The notes under the pieces were generated by a model that saw nothing but the letters and a program-made list of their open reading frames with translations, made no database searches and was not told where the DNA came from. From assembly GCF_006345805.1 (NCBI RefSeq), contig NC_043003.1:37572001-37636000 (forward strand): a DNA stretch of 64,000 nt, given 5' to 3'. The DNA is from Octopus sinensis (lineage: Eukaryota). The position numbers and the translations under genes were made by a program. Position 1 is the stretch's first letter; each line of letters begins with the position of its first letter. Below, piece after piece: positions 1 through 12,716 of this stretch.

Positions 1-446
1 CAGTAAAGTATTAAACAAAATGCTTTGCTGTATTTCATTACATTTCTTTACATTCTGAGTTCAAATCTTACTGGTATCGTTTTTTTGCTTTCAACATCTC
101 AGAGTTGATATAATAAGTACCAGTTAAATATTTAGTCCTCTCTTGACATAAATGACTCTCATTCCCTCTTCTCCAAAACATCTGGTCTTGTCTCTATCTC
201 AGAAATAAGTTTTTCAACTCTCTTATATGCACGAGTATCTGTCATATGGTAGAAGTTTTGCATTCATCCTTTATATACATCTAACTCCCTTCACCCCATG
301 TTTATTTCATATCCACTTCATTCACCTCCCATCATTCTCCCTAGCTCTCTGTATTCACTCACTCTTAAGTGACAGGCAATGTTACAATGTTACCCAGAAA
401 AAGTTACAACTTGGTTAATTTTAAATGACGCTTCTTTTGTTTACAG

Positions 447-526
447 AAAATAAGAACTCCTGGTGTCCCAGAACGAGTGAAACCAATGTCTAAATCTGGT
501 GATGTATTTGAAGTAGCTCGAGGCAG
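447..526 (+). CDS. ORC1: ORC1 internal coding exon (KIRTPGVPERVKPMSKSGDVFEVARG-R)
   Basis: ttacAG acceptor and AG|GTATGT donor; 80 bp; ends in phase 2 and joins in frame to the RLHVSAVP exon. Confidence 0.8.
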
Positions 527-796
527 GTATGTCCACGAACATTAGGTTTTGATAGATTTTATTGTAAGACAATTCTTTTTCCTGACAACTCTTGACTTCA
601 TTTCATACTGATATTGGACAATTTGGCAAACTATTTATTCTCTTTTTTTTCTGTTAATTTTTTTCTTTTTTTTAATGAATATTTCTAATGGTTTACTCTC
701 CTTTCTTCAGTAAGATTTACATATATATATTCTGAAAACTGAAATCAAACTTTTACTCCATGCAAGGTCCCACAATTTTTATTCACTATACATATA

Positions 797-1027
797 TATT
801 TCTTTACTGCCCACAAGGGGCTAAACACAGAGAGGACAAACAAGGACAGACAAATGGATTAAGTCGATTACATTGACCCCAGTGCGTAACTGGTCCTTAT
901 TTAATCGACCCCGAAAGGATGAAAGGCAAAGTCGACCTTGGCGGAATTTGAACTCAGACCGTAACAGCAGACAAAATATCGCTAAGCATTTCGCCCGGCG
1001 TGCTAACGTTTCTGACAGCTCGCCACC
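797..1027 (-). mobile_element. tRNA-derived SINE, family A, full length
   Basis: A-box/B-box-like head (GAGCTGGCAGAA...GAGTTCAAATTCC consensus), central CTTTGCCTTTCATCCTTTCGGGGTCGAT block; 15-bp TSD TTCACTATACATATA at 782-796 and 1028-1042. Confidence 0.9.
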
Positions 1028-1892
1028 TTCACTATACATATAGAATAGGAGCAACAATATATGTTCATCTAAGGGTATATTTAAAATCAATATCATGAGT
1101 GCTAGCCATTTTAGGCCACACTTAACATTATATCACCTTTCAAGCTACCATCAGACCTATTACTTAAATTTTTTTTTCTTTTACATATATCAGACTACAG
1201 CATCTAAGAAAATGCTATGTAGTTTTGTTCTCAGTTCTTTACATTCTGAGTTCAAATTCCACCAAGGTCATCTTTGCTTTCCGTCCTTGTGAGTTCAATA
1301 TAATACTGTGTCAGTTCTCAGAAACAGATCAGAAGATCTGGTATTTGTTCTGGGTGTCTGCGCAGATTTGGTTAACTTGTCTGCATCTAATCCTAACAGG
1401 ATAGTGTCTTGTAAAAAATATCCAAAGGAAACCATGGGAAACCACCTTTATATCCTCCCATGAAAATTTCATGAGAAGTACAATATGATTATCATAGCAC
1501 TCATCAGAAATTATTCAGCAACCTGATTATGTAAGGAACAAAGTACTACATTATCCAATGTGCCTTTTTAAGATAGTAACTGAGATTTGCTTGCTATTTC
1601 TAGCTAGTTGAGCAACATTGTAGAAGCTTTATTTTTTACTGGTCATTATTGTTTTGCTCCAGATTAGCTCAGATCCAAGAAATCGATGATCACATACATT
1701 CTAACTGTGGCCACTCCATCTAGTTCGGACACAATGTATCTAAGACAGTATTATTTAATGTATCCTTCCTTTTTTAAAGACATTTGAGGAAAAATGTTGT
1801 TGCCAATATCTTCTTAGAACCATTCAGTTGATGTTGATTTTGTTATTTTTTATTTGTATTTTAATGGTAATATTTTTTTTGTTCTCAAACAG

Positions 1893-1994
1893 ACTTCATG
1901 TTTCTGCAGTTCCTGAGTCACTACCATGCAGAGAAAAAGAATTTGCAGATATTTATTCATTTGTGGAAAGTAAAATCCTTGATGGGACTGGAGG
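1893..1994 (+). CDS. ORC1: ORC1 exon ([35 protein letters not shown])
   Basis: Matches the ORC1 [14 protein letters not shown] motif; aacAG / GG|GTAAGA; 102 bp. Confidence 0.97.
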
Positions 1995-2069
1995 GTAAGA
2001 AACTTAATGTTTTTCATGTTATATTCCATAAAGTAAGAAAAGTTCAGTTAATGATGTTTGTTTAATTGG

Positions 2070-2300
2070 TTGACACCTTTCACTCCCAGACATACCTCAG
2101 ACTCCAGCCTGCAGGCTTGCTATCTCCTGTCTTTGCCTTTTCTAGTGCTATTATAGTGGCCTCTACTTCTCGGAAATAGCCGGACTCATGTTACCTCCAA
2201 TAAGGCATTCCTATCTTACTTGTCTCTTCTGTTCTCTTGTTGTGTCCACCCAACCCTTTAGGCCTTCCATCCCAGAACGTCAGCCCTCTGGAATTCCTCA
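2070..2300 (+). mobile_element. Degraded CR1/L2-group LINE 3' fragment
   Basis: Homologous by eye to the reverse complement of 61830-61990. Confidence 0.45.
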
Positions 2301-3607
2301 GGTACAAATTTCATGACACATATTACGATCCTTGGTCTGAATGGTTTGAAACTGGAGCATCAAACATGAAGGAATATATTTAGAATAAAGCAATTTACTG
2401 AAAGGAAACCTTGAGTACTCATCTATAATCACAAACACATAGCAATAAGAGATCTATGAAGTTGGTACTGACATACTCAAATGGTTCTATGGATATGGTG
2501 AGAATCAGTTGTCAAAACTCTGTCTATTTATTTGGCTAAAATATTCATCTTCAGTATTCAAAGCACAAATGTGTTTATCTTTCCAGAGTTATTTTTCATG
2601 ATTTCGAGGTTAATTAAAGACTTATTTAATTTACAATTTTCTGTCAGGATTAATATAACATTAATGCTTATGCATTTTGTCTAGCATAACACTACTCCAT
2701 ACTACAGTTCACTGCTCTATATTACATAAAAAAGTCATCCATACTGTCTGTATATTAGGTACTGCAGCATCCAGTATGTCTTTTTGTTTGAGATAGGGTG
2801 TGATTTAATGAAGATAAGCTTGCTGTCTTCAACAGGTCAAGTCACACTACTTTTTTGACCTGCTACAAATAGCAGTCAAAGCTCTCTCAAACCTTTTTTT
2901 TTAATGACATATATATATATATATATATAATGTATGATACAAATCAACAACAGTGCACAATAAGATCTGTGATGGTAGAGTCCAATGGTGATCCAGGTGT
3001 AGTTTATGATAAAGTGGATAAGGAGAGGGATCAAAGATCCAAGAAGAAGGTAAGAGAGATGAGGATCCAAGAGGGGAGGAAGTTCAGTCAGGCAGGATTG
3101 GGCTGGTGTGATAGTCCAAGTACACTCTATTAAAAAAAAAAAAATAATAATAATAAATTGATGAGCTGGTCACTGGTTGAATGCTTCTGATTACAAATGT
3201 GTTTGATCAGGAATGTTGATTTGGAACTAAATTGTAACACCATGTTAGACTACACAGCTCCACGTTACACCACACTGCCACCCTACTCTATATGAGGGAA
3301 TTAGGGATCCTCATTTTTTAAAAAATGACACATTGGATAATATCATCATCATCATCATATTTTAACATCCTCTTTTCAAATGCTGGCATCGGTCAGATAA
3401 AGTTTATTGAGGCAGATTTTTCTACAGCTAGGTGTCCATCCTGTCACCAACCCTCATTTGTCTCCAAGCAAGGTAATATTTCCCCATGGTCAGGCATACA
3501 TGCTCTCACAGATTATTGGAAAAGAATGACATTGCTTGTATGACTGTGACATTTGTTTACAACTAGCAAGTGATGTGAGGACAAGGAAACACAAACATAT
3601 ATACATG

Positions 3608-3639
<32 letters not shown>

Positions 3640-3988
3640 ATGGGAATCTCTTCAGTTTCTGCCTGCCAAATTCACTCACAAAGCTTTGGTTGGCCCAAAG
3701 CTGTTGAAGGTGGTTGGGCAGTCACATAGCCAGGTCTGTACCCAATTTAGAGAATGACAAGATGGTCACAGCTGGAACATCTTTGACCATAGATCTACTC
3801 AGTCAGGCCTGACTTGAAGTTAAACACCAGCAAAATACCACTCAAAATGACACTACTCCCCGCAAGTAGAACATTAAATATATAAATCTCAGTGTTTTGA
3901 GAGGCCTTACATATCAGTACAGCTGCTTCTTTTAGACCTATCAGTCCATAATAACAAGAGCCCCTTTAATGTATTTATGTTCTTTAAG

Positions 3989-4160
3989 GTGTATGTACAT
4001 ATCTGGTGTACCTGGTACTGGAAAGACTGCCACAGTGCAGGAAGTTATTCGCAACTTAAGAGAAGCTGCTGAGGCTGGTGATATTGGAATGTTCCGGTAT
4101 ATCGAACTGAATGGAATGAAGTTAACAGAACCCCATCAAGCTTATGTCCAACTTTTAAAG
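3989..4160 (+). CDS. ORC1: ORC1 exon with Walker A ([19 protein letters not shown]...[17 protein letters not shown])
   Basis: GVPGTGKT P-loop and [10 protein letters not shown] motif; taAG / AAG|GTATGT; 172 bp. Confidence 0.98.
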
Positions 4161-4795
4161 GTATGTATTACAGTAAGTGAGAGTTGAAGCATATCATGTC
4201 AGTAGAGAGATTACAAACTAGAACTTTCAGCTGTGCATGGACCATCTTAAAATATGCACCCTCTATATCGAGCAAGTTGGCAAATTTCAGGAAACATGGG
4301 AGTTTGGAAGGACGCAGTGTCCTGATGTGTTTTTATGTTTTTTTTTATTCATCTATTTATTTCATGTTGTATCAGTCATAGAGATTTGCTGTAGTTGGCA
4401 TAAATTAAAGAAGTCCCCACCTCCAGAAACTTCATCAGATAAGTCCTAAGTGTGTGTCAAGTCCAGGCATGAGCAACCATTTTCAAAAATTGGGCCGCAT
4501 GACACATGGCTCATCACCTGGTGGGCTGCACAACTAAAACAATTCTAGGTAATTTTTCATAAGGTGTGCCATTCAGAAAGTCCCTTGGGCTGCAGTTTAG
4601 CCATGAATGGTCTAGTCTGTGTGATCATACCAGTTGGCAATAAAGAAGGACTTCTAGTAATAAAAAGCACCTATCCAGAACAGCAACTAATTGCACTAAT
4701 GATAGGGCATCTTCGAGGTGTTATGTTGACTTTATATGGGAAGGCTGCTGCATTTTCAAACAAGCCCAAACTATGCATAGATTAATACAGGAGAT

Positions 4796-5172
4796 GGAAG
4801 CACTCCGTTGGTTACGACGATGAGGGTTCCGGTTGATCCGAATCAACGGAACAACCTGCTCATGAAATTAACGTGTAAGTGGCTGAGCACTCCACAGACA
4901 CGTGCACCCTTAACGTAGTTCTCGGGGATATTCAGCGTGAAACAGAGAGTGACAAGGCCGGCTGGCCCCTTGAAATACAGGTACAACAGAAACAGGAAGT
5001 AAGGGTGAGAGAAAGTTGAGGTGAAAGAGTACAGCAGGGATCACCACCATCCCCTGCCGGAGCCTCGTGGAGCTTTTAGGTGTTTTCGTTCAATAAACAC
5101 TCACAATGCCCAGTCTGGGAATCGAAACTGCGAGTCTGCTGCCCTAACCACTGGGCCATTGCGCCTCCACAC
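4796..5172 (-). mobile_element. tRNA-derived SINE, family C
   Basis: Head GGAGGCGCAATGGCCCAGTGGTTAGGGCAGC...GTTTCGATTCCC; 9-bp TSD ACAGGAGAT at 4787-4795 and 5173-5181. Confidence 0.85.
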
Positions 5173-5432
5173 ACAGGAGATACAAAACTGATGAATAATA
5201 ATGAGTTTTAACATTGACAAAAGGTTTTGCATTTAAGAGGATAGAGAATAGTCAATTCACTAACCGCGGGACTTGATTGGTACACATTTTATCAATCCTG
5301 TATTATTGAAAGAGAAACTAAACATCAGTGAGATTTGAACATGAGGCATAAATGCTTGCATAGCATTTTCCCTGCATTTACTAATTCTGCCATTCTTTAT
5401 ATTAATAATAATAATAATGATATTACTTGTAG

Positions 5433-5540
5433 CAATTGACTGGACAGAAAACCAGTGCTGAACATGCTGTAGACATTCTTCATAAAAGATTCAACAATTT
5501 GGCACCAAGAAGAGAAACCAATATTCTACTTGTTGATGAG
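5433..5540 (+). CDS. ORC1: ORC1 exon ending in Walker B (QLTGQKTSAEHAVDILHKRFNNLAPRRETNILLVDE)
   Basis: ILLVDE Walker B; gtAG / GAG|GTAAGT; 108 bp, phase 0-0. Confidence 0.96.
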
Positions 5541-6648
5541 GTAAGTTCCTGGAAGTAATCAAAGAAATATTTCATCTCGCTTTTGTTTAATCCATGAATG
5601 AATAGTTTCAGATATTTTTTTCTTTAAATCTAATTTGTTAATTTTATTATTATTTTTTTTCAAAGAATGGCTCTTTCAATAAATATTAAAATTCCAGATG
5701 TTATCAGTCTACTTCCAGATCTGAGGATGTGTTTTTGTAACCATTAACACAATGTGTTGATAAAATATGCAGTACATACAGCTGTAGCAGGTTTCTATGT
5801 TTGCCTGTAAATCTCTGTGTATCATCATCATCATTGTTTTAATGTCCATTTTTCCATACTTCATGAGGACAGCCAGAATTTCTTGAAGGGTATTTTATGC
5901 AGCTGGATACCTTTCCTGTTGTCAGCCTCACCTGTTTCCAAGCAAGGTGATATTTCTCTATGACCAAAGAAAGTTGAATCAAAATTAGCTCCCTCTTCAG
6001 AGACACATGCAAAGTAATAGCCATTCACACGGCTTTTCATTCTGTAATAACACTTCTACTTTGGATCTTTGCTCTCTGGAGCTTTAGTGATATGTGTGTC
6101 TGTGTCATCATAACAATATAACATCCACATTCCATGCTGGCATAGTTTGGTTTGTTCAACAAGAGTTAACAAGCCATAGGACTGTGCCAAGTTCCAATGT
6201 ATTCTCAGTCATGATTTCTATGGTTGGATGCCCCTCCTAATGCCAACCGCTTTACAGAGTGTACTGGATGCTTTTTACATGGCATTGAAACCAGTGAGAT
6301 CACCAAGTACTTCGCAGGGCAAGAACCCTCAGCAAAAGTAGGTATAGTATTGAGGGAAGTGGCTTTGTGCCAAGTGACAAGAGGTTAAAGTATGATAGAG
6401 GGACAGGAACGGGTGTCTTGCTGTAGGGGAGATACGTAGCTACCCTAGTTGAAAAAGAAAGAAGATGGTGATACAAACATGTCAGTATGTACCATCAAGT
6501 TGCAAGGAGTTTCCATTAAGAACCGTCACTCTCCACAGACACAGAATGCATAGATAGTTTGTTTTAATCTATTTTTCTTGTTATTGGAGCCTTTATGTAT
6601 ACACACACACATGTATTTAATCTTTGTTTTTCGTTACCTTAAAATTAG

Positions 6649-6798
6649 CTTGATCTACTGTGGACAAGAAAACAAGATGTTATGTATAATATATTTGATT
6701 GGCCATCAAAACCTCAAGCCCGACTTGTGGTACTTGCTGTAGCAAACACCATGGATTTACCTGAACGCATCATGATGAGACGAGTTTCTAGCCGTCTA
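6649..6798 (+). CDS. ORC1: ORC1 exon ([19 protein letters not shown]...[20 protein letters not shown])
   Basis: Sensor-1 ANTMDL and SSRL motifs; ttAG / CTA|GTAAGT; 150 bp. Confidence 0.98.
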
Positions 6799-6962
6799 GT
6801 AAGTAATTTTGCATTATGAATAGTTTTATCCTCAACTCTCTCGATATTTTTCCAGTCCATTTTTTTTTTATTATCAACCAAATATTTTATCAATCTTGTT
6901 GTATCTTAGGGCAGTCATTATGCCAATAATAAGCAAATGCACTGATTTTATTTCACTTCTTT

Positions 6963-7270
6963 TAATATTCATCATCATCATCGTTTAACGTCTGCTTTCC
7001 ATGCTAGCATGGGTTGGACGATTTTAACTGAGGGCTGGCAAACCAGATGGCTGCACCAGGCTCCAATCATGATCTGGCAGAGTTTCTACAGCTGGATGCT
7101 CTTCCTAATGCCAACCACTTCAAGAGTGTAGTGGGTGCTTTTTATGTGTACTGGCACTGGGCCAGTCAGGCGGTAGTGGCAACGACCTCACGCGAATCTT
7201 TTTACACATGCCACCGGCACAGGTGCCAGTAAGACGACGCTGGTAACGATCACACTCAGATGGTGCTCTT
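6963..7270 (-). mobile_element. 5'-truncated RTE LINE 3'UTR copy
   Basis: Reverse complement of the (GAT)n-ending tail at 60900-61200. Confidence 0.8.
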
Positions 7271-7295
7271 CTTTTGATATTGTTAATCAATTTGG

Positions 7296-7515
7296 AAAGC
7301 AGCCAGCTAGCAGAATTGTTAGCATGCTGGGCAAAATGCTTAGCAGTATTTCATCCATCTTTACGTTCTGAGTTCAAATTCCATTGATGTCAGCTTCGCC
7401 TTTCATCCTTTCAGGGTCAATAAAAATAAGTACCAGTTAAACACTGGAGTTAATTTAATTATTTTAGCCTCTTCCTTGAAATTGCTGGCCTTGTGTCAAA
7501 ATTTGAAATCAGTAT
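7296..7515 (+). mobile_element. SINE family A, diverged copy
   Basis: Same head and central block as 797-1027. Confidence 0.75.
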
Positions 7516-8536
7516 TATTCAATTCGTTAAGTAAACAATTGTTTGACTAATTGTATGTTCAATTGATAAATGAGCTAAGTTTGTCAAAGTCTGTCAGACC
7601 TGGTGTAGAGAGGGCATTTCATTGCTGACATCACAAATGGCAAAGGAAGGGCTTTTACATTACCAATACCTCTCCCACAACTTTTTTCAGTGTTATTGTT
7701 ATTCTTTTTTTAATCATTGAACACCTTCAAGGGAGTTACATTGATTATATCAACCCTCGTATTATTTAAGTCTTGATTCCTATTTATCAAATGCCTTAAT
7801 TATCTTCTGACATGAAAGGCACATTTGGTGCTAGTGTTCACATACATACATATGTGTTTATATGTGTGTGTGTGTGTATTATCAGTTGCTGTCCAATTTT
7901 CCATGCTTGCATTGATGAGATTGGATTTATTCAGGCAGATTTTTTACAAACCTTACCTGTTTCCAAGCAAAGTAATATATATACTTCCACGCAGTTTCTG
8001 TCTTCCAAATTCCATTCACATAGCATTTGCCAACCCAAAGTTAGAGTAGAAAACATTTTCCCAATGTGTTATATAGCAGAATCAATCATAGAACCAAATG
8101 GTTGCCAAGCAATTTTCTTAACTTTGTTGTTATGCATTTGACAGTTGTTATTTTAAATATTATAATGGATAACCACCAATTGCTACACCTTATAATATTC
8201 TAAAAGAATACGTTTCAACTACACTTGGTTCTAATCATCATCTTTTAAAGTCCGCTTTCCATGCTGGCATGGGTTGTGGAGTTTGATCAGAGTTGGCCGA
8301 CTGGAAAGCTGCATCAGGTTCCAATATGATTTGGCTTGGTTTTACAGTTGGATGCCCTTCCTAACACCAACCACATTACAGTGTGCTGGGTAGTTTTTAT
8401 GTGGTACCATCACAGGTGCTTTTTACGTAGCACCAGCACGGGTGCTTTTTAAAAATTGTGTAACTGTGTAGTAGATATTTGGAGAGATGTAATTATTTGA
8501 ACTAATTATCTTCAAATCTATTAATTCTATCTGCAG

Positions 8537-8656
8537 GGACTTACTCGAATGACTTTTCAGCCTTACACTTTCAAGCAACTTCAGCAAATTGTTCTGTCTC
8601 GACTGCAAGGACTGAAAGCATTTGATGAAGATGCCATCCAGCTAGCTGCTCGCAAG
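8537..8656 (+). CDS. ORC1: ORC1 exon ([40 protein letters not shown])
   Basis: GLTRMxFQPYT motif; gcAG / AAG|GTAAGG; 120 bp. Confidence 0.97.
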
Positions 8657-9356
8657 GTAAGGAACTTTCCCCTTTGTTCTTCTAGTCTCGTCTCAATTTT
8701 CTGTCACCATACAATGTAGTTTCGTGTTTGTTTTTCCCTATTTTCAATTATTAGTTTGTCCAAGGTAGGAAAGAACAAATCCCCTTCAAGATTTTCTAGA
8801 CAAAGGCATATTGGTTGTTTAGTGAATTAATACAGGTGTTGTTCAGTTTGAACTGCTGTCGGTTTGTTTTGAAGGCAAATGTTTGCAAGGAGGATATTCC
8901 AGAGGACCTAATGCTGAACTTATTGGTTGTATATCTAAAACTAGAAGAGAGAGAACTCCTATGTAGTTGTACACCCAAGTGGTGGATAGGTAAACAGCCT
9001 CTAGATATAGGAATTAGTGGCAAATATAGAAATAAGTCATCTTGGGCCAAAATGTGCGATGCTTTTTGCCAAAACACCAACTGGCAACCACTCAACCTAT
9101 GTTTACAGGTATGTGATGAGAAGCACTATAGTGGATGTGCAGTCAGTCTCAGCTTGGGTCATTCTACTGACCAGTGGTGACATCTGATGCTGGGTAGAGG
9201 AAGCTCTGTGAGTTCAACAACCAAGATCACCTAGGTTTCAAAATTTATTTCTGCTAACCTCTATAAATCCAGTAACCATAGACTTTATAGATTTAAATTT
9301 ATTCAGTGTATAACATATACCCATATATATTAAGCACTCACAACATTACATATATA

Positions 9357-10185
9357 CAGGATTGTGATGGGTAAATTGTTACCATTCTGTATTTTTAATT
9401 TTGCACACTTGCATTGTTTGTTTTTGATTTTGTTACCTACATAGTATAGTAGGGTCAGTTGGGCACTGCCTGTGAGAAAAACAGCACTCTGATACAATTA
9501 ACTCTGCCAGAAATTTGGAAACAACCTGCTTTACTGCTTGGCAATTGTGCTGGAAGCTCCAGTACAAACAAATGGTGAACACACAGAACAACAGTTGATT
9601 TGCCATATCCCCAAAACATGTACCGAGAGTCATAAATATTAAACCTCCAGTCAACATCATGGTGTTTGGAGTGATCACTAGTGATGGTGACGTTATGCCT
9701 CCATTCATCTTCCCACACAGCTTCAAACTTAACACGGAGGCCTACATCAAGTGCCTGGAAGAGGTAGTGCTGCTTTGGATCAAGAGGGTGGTTGCTGGAA
9801 GACCCTATGCTTGGCAACAGGACTCTGTACCATGCCACACAAGCAGGAGAACCCAGTCATGGCTGTCAAACAATTTCTGCGACCACATTACCCACTAACA
9901 TCTGGCCATCTAACTTCCCAGGCTACAACCCTTTTGATTATTATGTGTGGGGTGCAGTTGAGTGAGAGACCAACAAAATTCCTTGTAACATGAAAGATGA
10001 ACTAAAGGCAAGGATTGTGGCAGCATTCACCAACTTAAACAAGGAAACCATCCAGAAGAGTTGCAGGAGATTCCAAGGTCGACTGGAGGCCATGGCTGAA
10101 ACCAATGGCAAGTTTATTGAATAAATTTACACTTTAGTATTTCAGGATATTTTTATGCAGTTTTGGTAAATATATCTGCTAAAAT
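9357..10185 (+). mobile_element. Internally deleted Tc1/mariner DD37D (maT-type) transposon
   Basis: TA + CAGG...GATGGGTAAATTG left end; transposase relic MVFGVITSDG...WQQDSVPCHTS...WPSNFPGYNPFDYYVWG with 37 residues between the 2nd and 3rd D after correcting one frameshift; right TIR not seen. Confidence 0.85.
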
Positions 10186-10580
10186 GAGATGTGTATATAT
10201 ATATATATATATTAAAAGGATGTGCTATTCCACACCCATACTGACAATCCAATAATACCATTCCACATATACAAAAACAGCCATACCAACCATCCAACAT
10301 ACCTCCATCATCAGCTGCCCCACAGCTATCATTATGGTTTTGACACCTGGACAGTACCGTTCAATCCAGCAGTGTCAACAGCACTAAAATAAGTGTTGTT
10401 TGGGAACAAACAAACCAAAGAAACCACAACTTTCAAACACATTTATGCTATGTACAACTGTAATGGTAAATAAATTCAATAAGTATATATGTATAAAACA
10501 CACCCACACTTATCTTATGTCTGCTTTCTCTGCTTACATAGGTTGGATATGTCATCACAGTTCAAGTCAGTTGATATAAA

Positions 10581-10790
10581 GAGCTGGCAGAATCGTTAGC
10601 ACGCCGGGCGAAATGCGTAGCCGTATTTCGTCTGCCACTACGTTCTGAGTTCAAATTCCGCCGAGGTCGACTTTGCTTTTCATCCTTTCAGGGTCGATAA
10701 ATAAAGTACCAGTTTCGCCCTGGGGTCGATGTAATCAACTTAATCCGTTTGTCTGTCCTTGTTTAGCCCCTTGTGGGCAGTAAAGAAATA
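10581..10790 (+). mobile_element. SINE family A, young copy
   Basis: CpG-rich near-consensus copy; approximate TSD ATATAA(A/T)GAGCT. Confidence 0.85.
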
Positions 10791-11368
10791 TAATGAGCTT
10801 ATTGTATACAGTGGTCAAATGCATGACTTGTTGGAAATGGTTAAAAGAGAGACAGAAACCAGACATATCAGTCAAGTGAATAAAGAATGATAGCAATAGA
10901 AGCTAGAAATATATGTGTAGTACACAGAATGAAGCACAAAAGTAGGGAAAATGGAACATTAAAATGAGTCATAAAGTATATGGGGTGCACATAAGGTATA
11001 GATCTGGTGAATTTCAAGGAAGCATGGAATTTTTGAAAGATACAGTGTCCTGACAGTTAACAATGGATTGTTCATCTTCTCTTTCAAAATTACTTACAAC
11101 TGCTTCTGAGAATAATGGTGTAAAGTTTTAAACAGCTATCATGGCTCTACAACACAATCATCATCGTCCGTTTCCCATGGTAGCATGGGTTTGACGGTTT
11201 GACTGAGAACTGGTAAACTGGGGAGCTACACCAGGTTCCAATTTGGTTTAAACCCATAATCTAAAATCAAGTCTCTTATCATATACATACAGTTCTGAAA
11301 TGCACACACACACACACACACAAGTTATTTTCAAACAGGACTGAGCTATTCATCTATCAATTTTACAG

Positions 11369-11538
11369 GTTGCAGCTGTGTCTGGAGATGCACGTCGTGC
11401 ATTAGACATCTGCAGGAGAGCTACTGAAATAGCCGGACGCAAGAATTCTGATAGTACAGGGCAGAAACTCGTGGGCATGTCACATGTGAATCAATCATTA
11501 CAGGAAATGTATTCATCTAGCCAGGTTTCTGCTATCAG
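11369..11538 (+). CDS. ORC1: ORC1 exon with sensor-2 (VAAVSGDARRALDICRRATEIA...YSSSQVSAIR)
   Basis: SGDARRALDICRRA motif; acAG / AG|GTAACT; 170 bp. Confidence 0.97.
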
Positions 11539-11780
11539 GTAACTTCATTCTTCAGTAGAATACATGGATTGAAATTTGAATCATATTGTCTTACTATGAC
11601 ACTGTTTTCTCTATTCTTATGCCCTAATTTTCAGATATTATTTTCACACACACAAGCCATACATACATATATCTATATCTACTTATGATGCAATGAGCAA
11701 AAACAAGAAGATGAAATGAATGAGAGGGAAAAGTTTAAACAAAGGTGGTATTAGTATAATGCTTGAGAGGAAAGAAAAGA

Positions 11781-11822
11781 GTCTTTGACATTTTGAGCGC
11801 TAGTCCTTCATCAGAAAAAAGG
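11781..11822 (-). ncRNA. Decayed minimal hammerhead-ribozyme motif (Penelope-like terminus relic)
   Basis: Minus strand reads UUUUU CUGAUGA A GGAC-UAGC-GCUC AAAA U GUC AAAGA: intact CUGAUGA, GUC triplet and stem I; GAAA mutated to AAAA. Confidence 0.55.
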
Positions 11823-12671
11823 AAAGAAAGGTGGAGAAAGTGGTGAATAAAAACAATTCGGGACTAGGTAAGAATGAGGTTCTATAGGGAGGTGTGTGGA
11901 AGAGAGAAGAGGTGGGTAGTAAGCAAGTTTTGGAGGGTATCCATGTATATAGGAGGCATAGAGGAGGTGTACAAGTGTGAAAGGAGGGTTGATTAGGTGT
12001 GGATGTATTGTGTGAGAGAGGTAAAAGGCAAGATCGGAAAACCACTGAAGAAAACAGTATGGTTGGTATATCTACCTACCTATTCAGCTTCCTAGCATCC
12101 CATTAGATTGATAAAGTATTTATCCAATGCGATAAATTGATAAAATTGTTAGAGCATTAGTTGGTAGTAATTTGCAGTATCTGTTCCAGTGATGGTTAAG
12201 CAAGAGCATTCAGACTCAATGGTAACATATAAGTACCTTGACTTATGAATACATGAAATGACAGTGGAGGTAAATATTAGATACAGGCAGCAATTTTACC
12301 TGTGTATGTATCATCATCTTCATTATTATCATTTGAATGTCCACTTTTCCATGGGTCATACGGAATTTGTTCAGGGAAATTTTTCTACAGCCAAATGCCC
12401 TTCCTGTTCCTAGGGAAGATTGGAAGTGAAAGACACAGCTTGTATGATAGTGATGCTCACAGTTATTTTGTGATATCAAAACAAGGAGACAACCACCGAC
12501 ACGCACATATGTGAAAACACACACACACATATATATATACACATATGACAAGCTTATTTCAGTCTGTCAGCCAAATCAACTCACAAGACTTTCAACAACC
12601 AGGGGCTATAGTTGAAGATACTTGCCTTTGTGATTGAGATACAAACTTAACCATGCAGCTGTACATGCATC

Positions 12672-12716
<45 letters not shown>

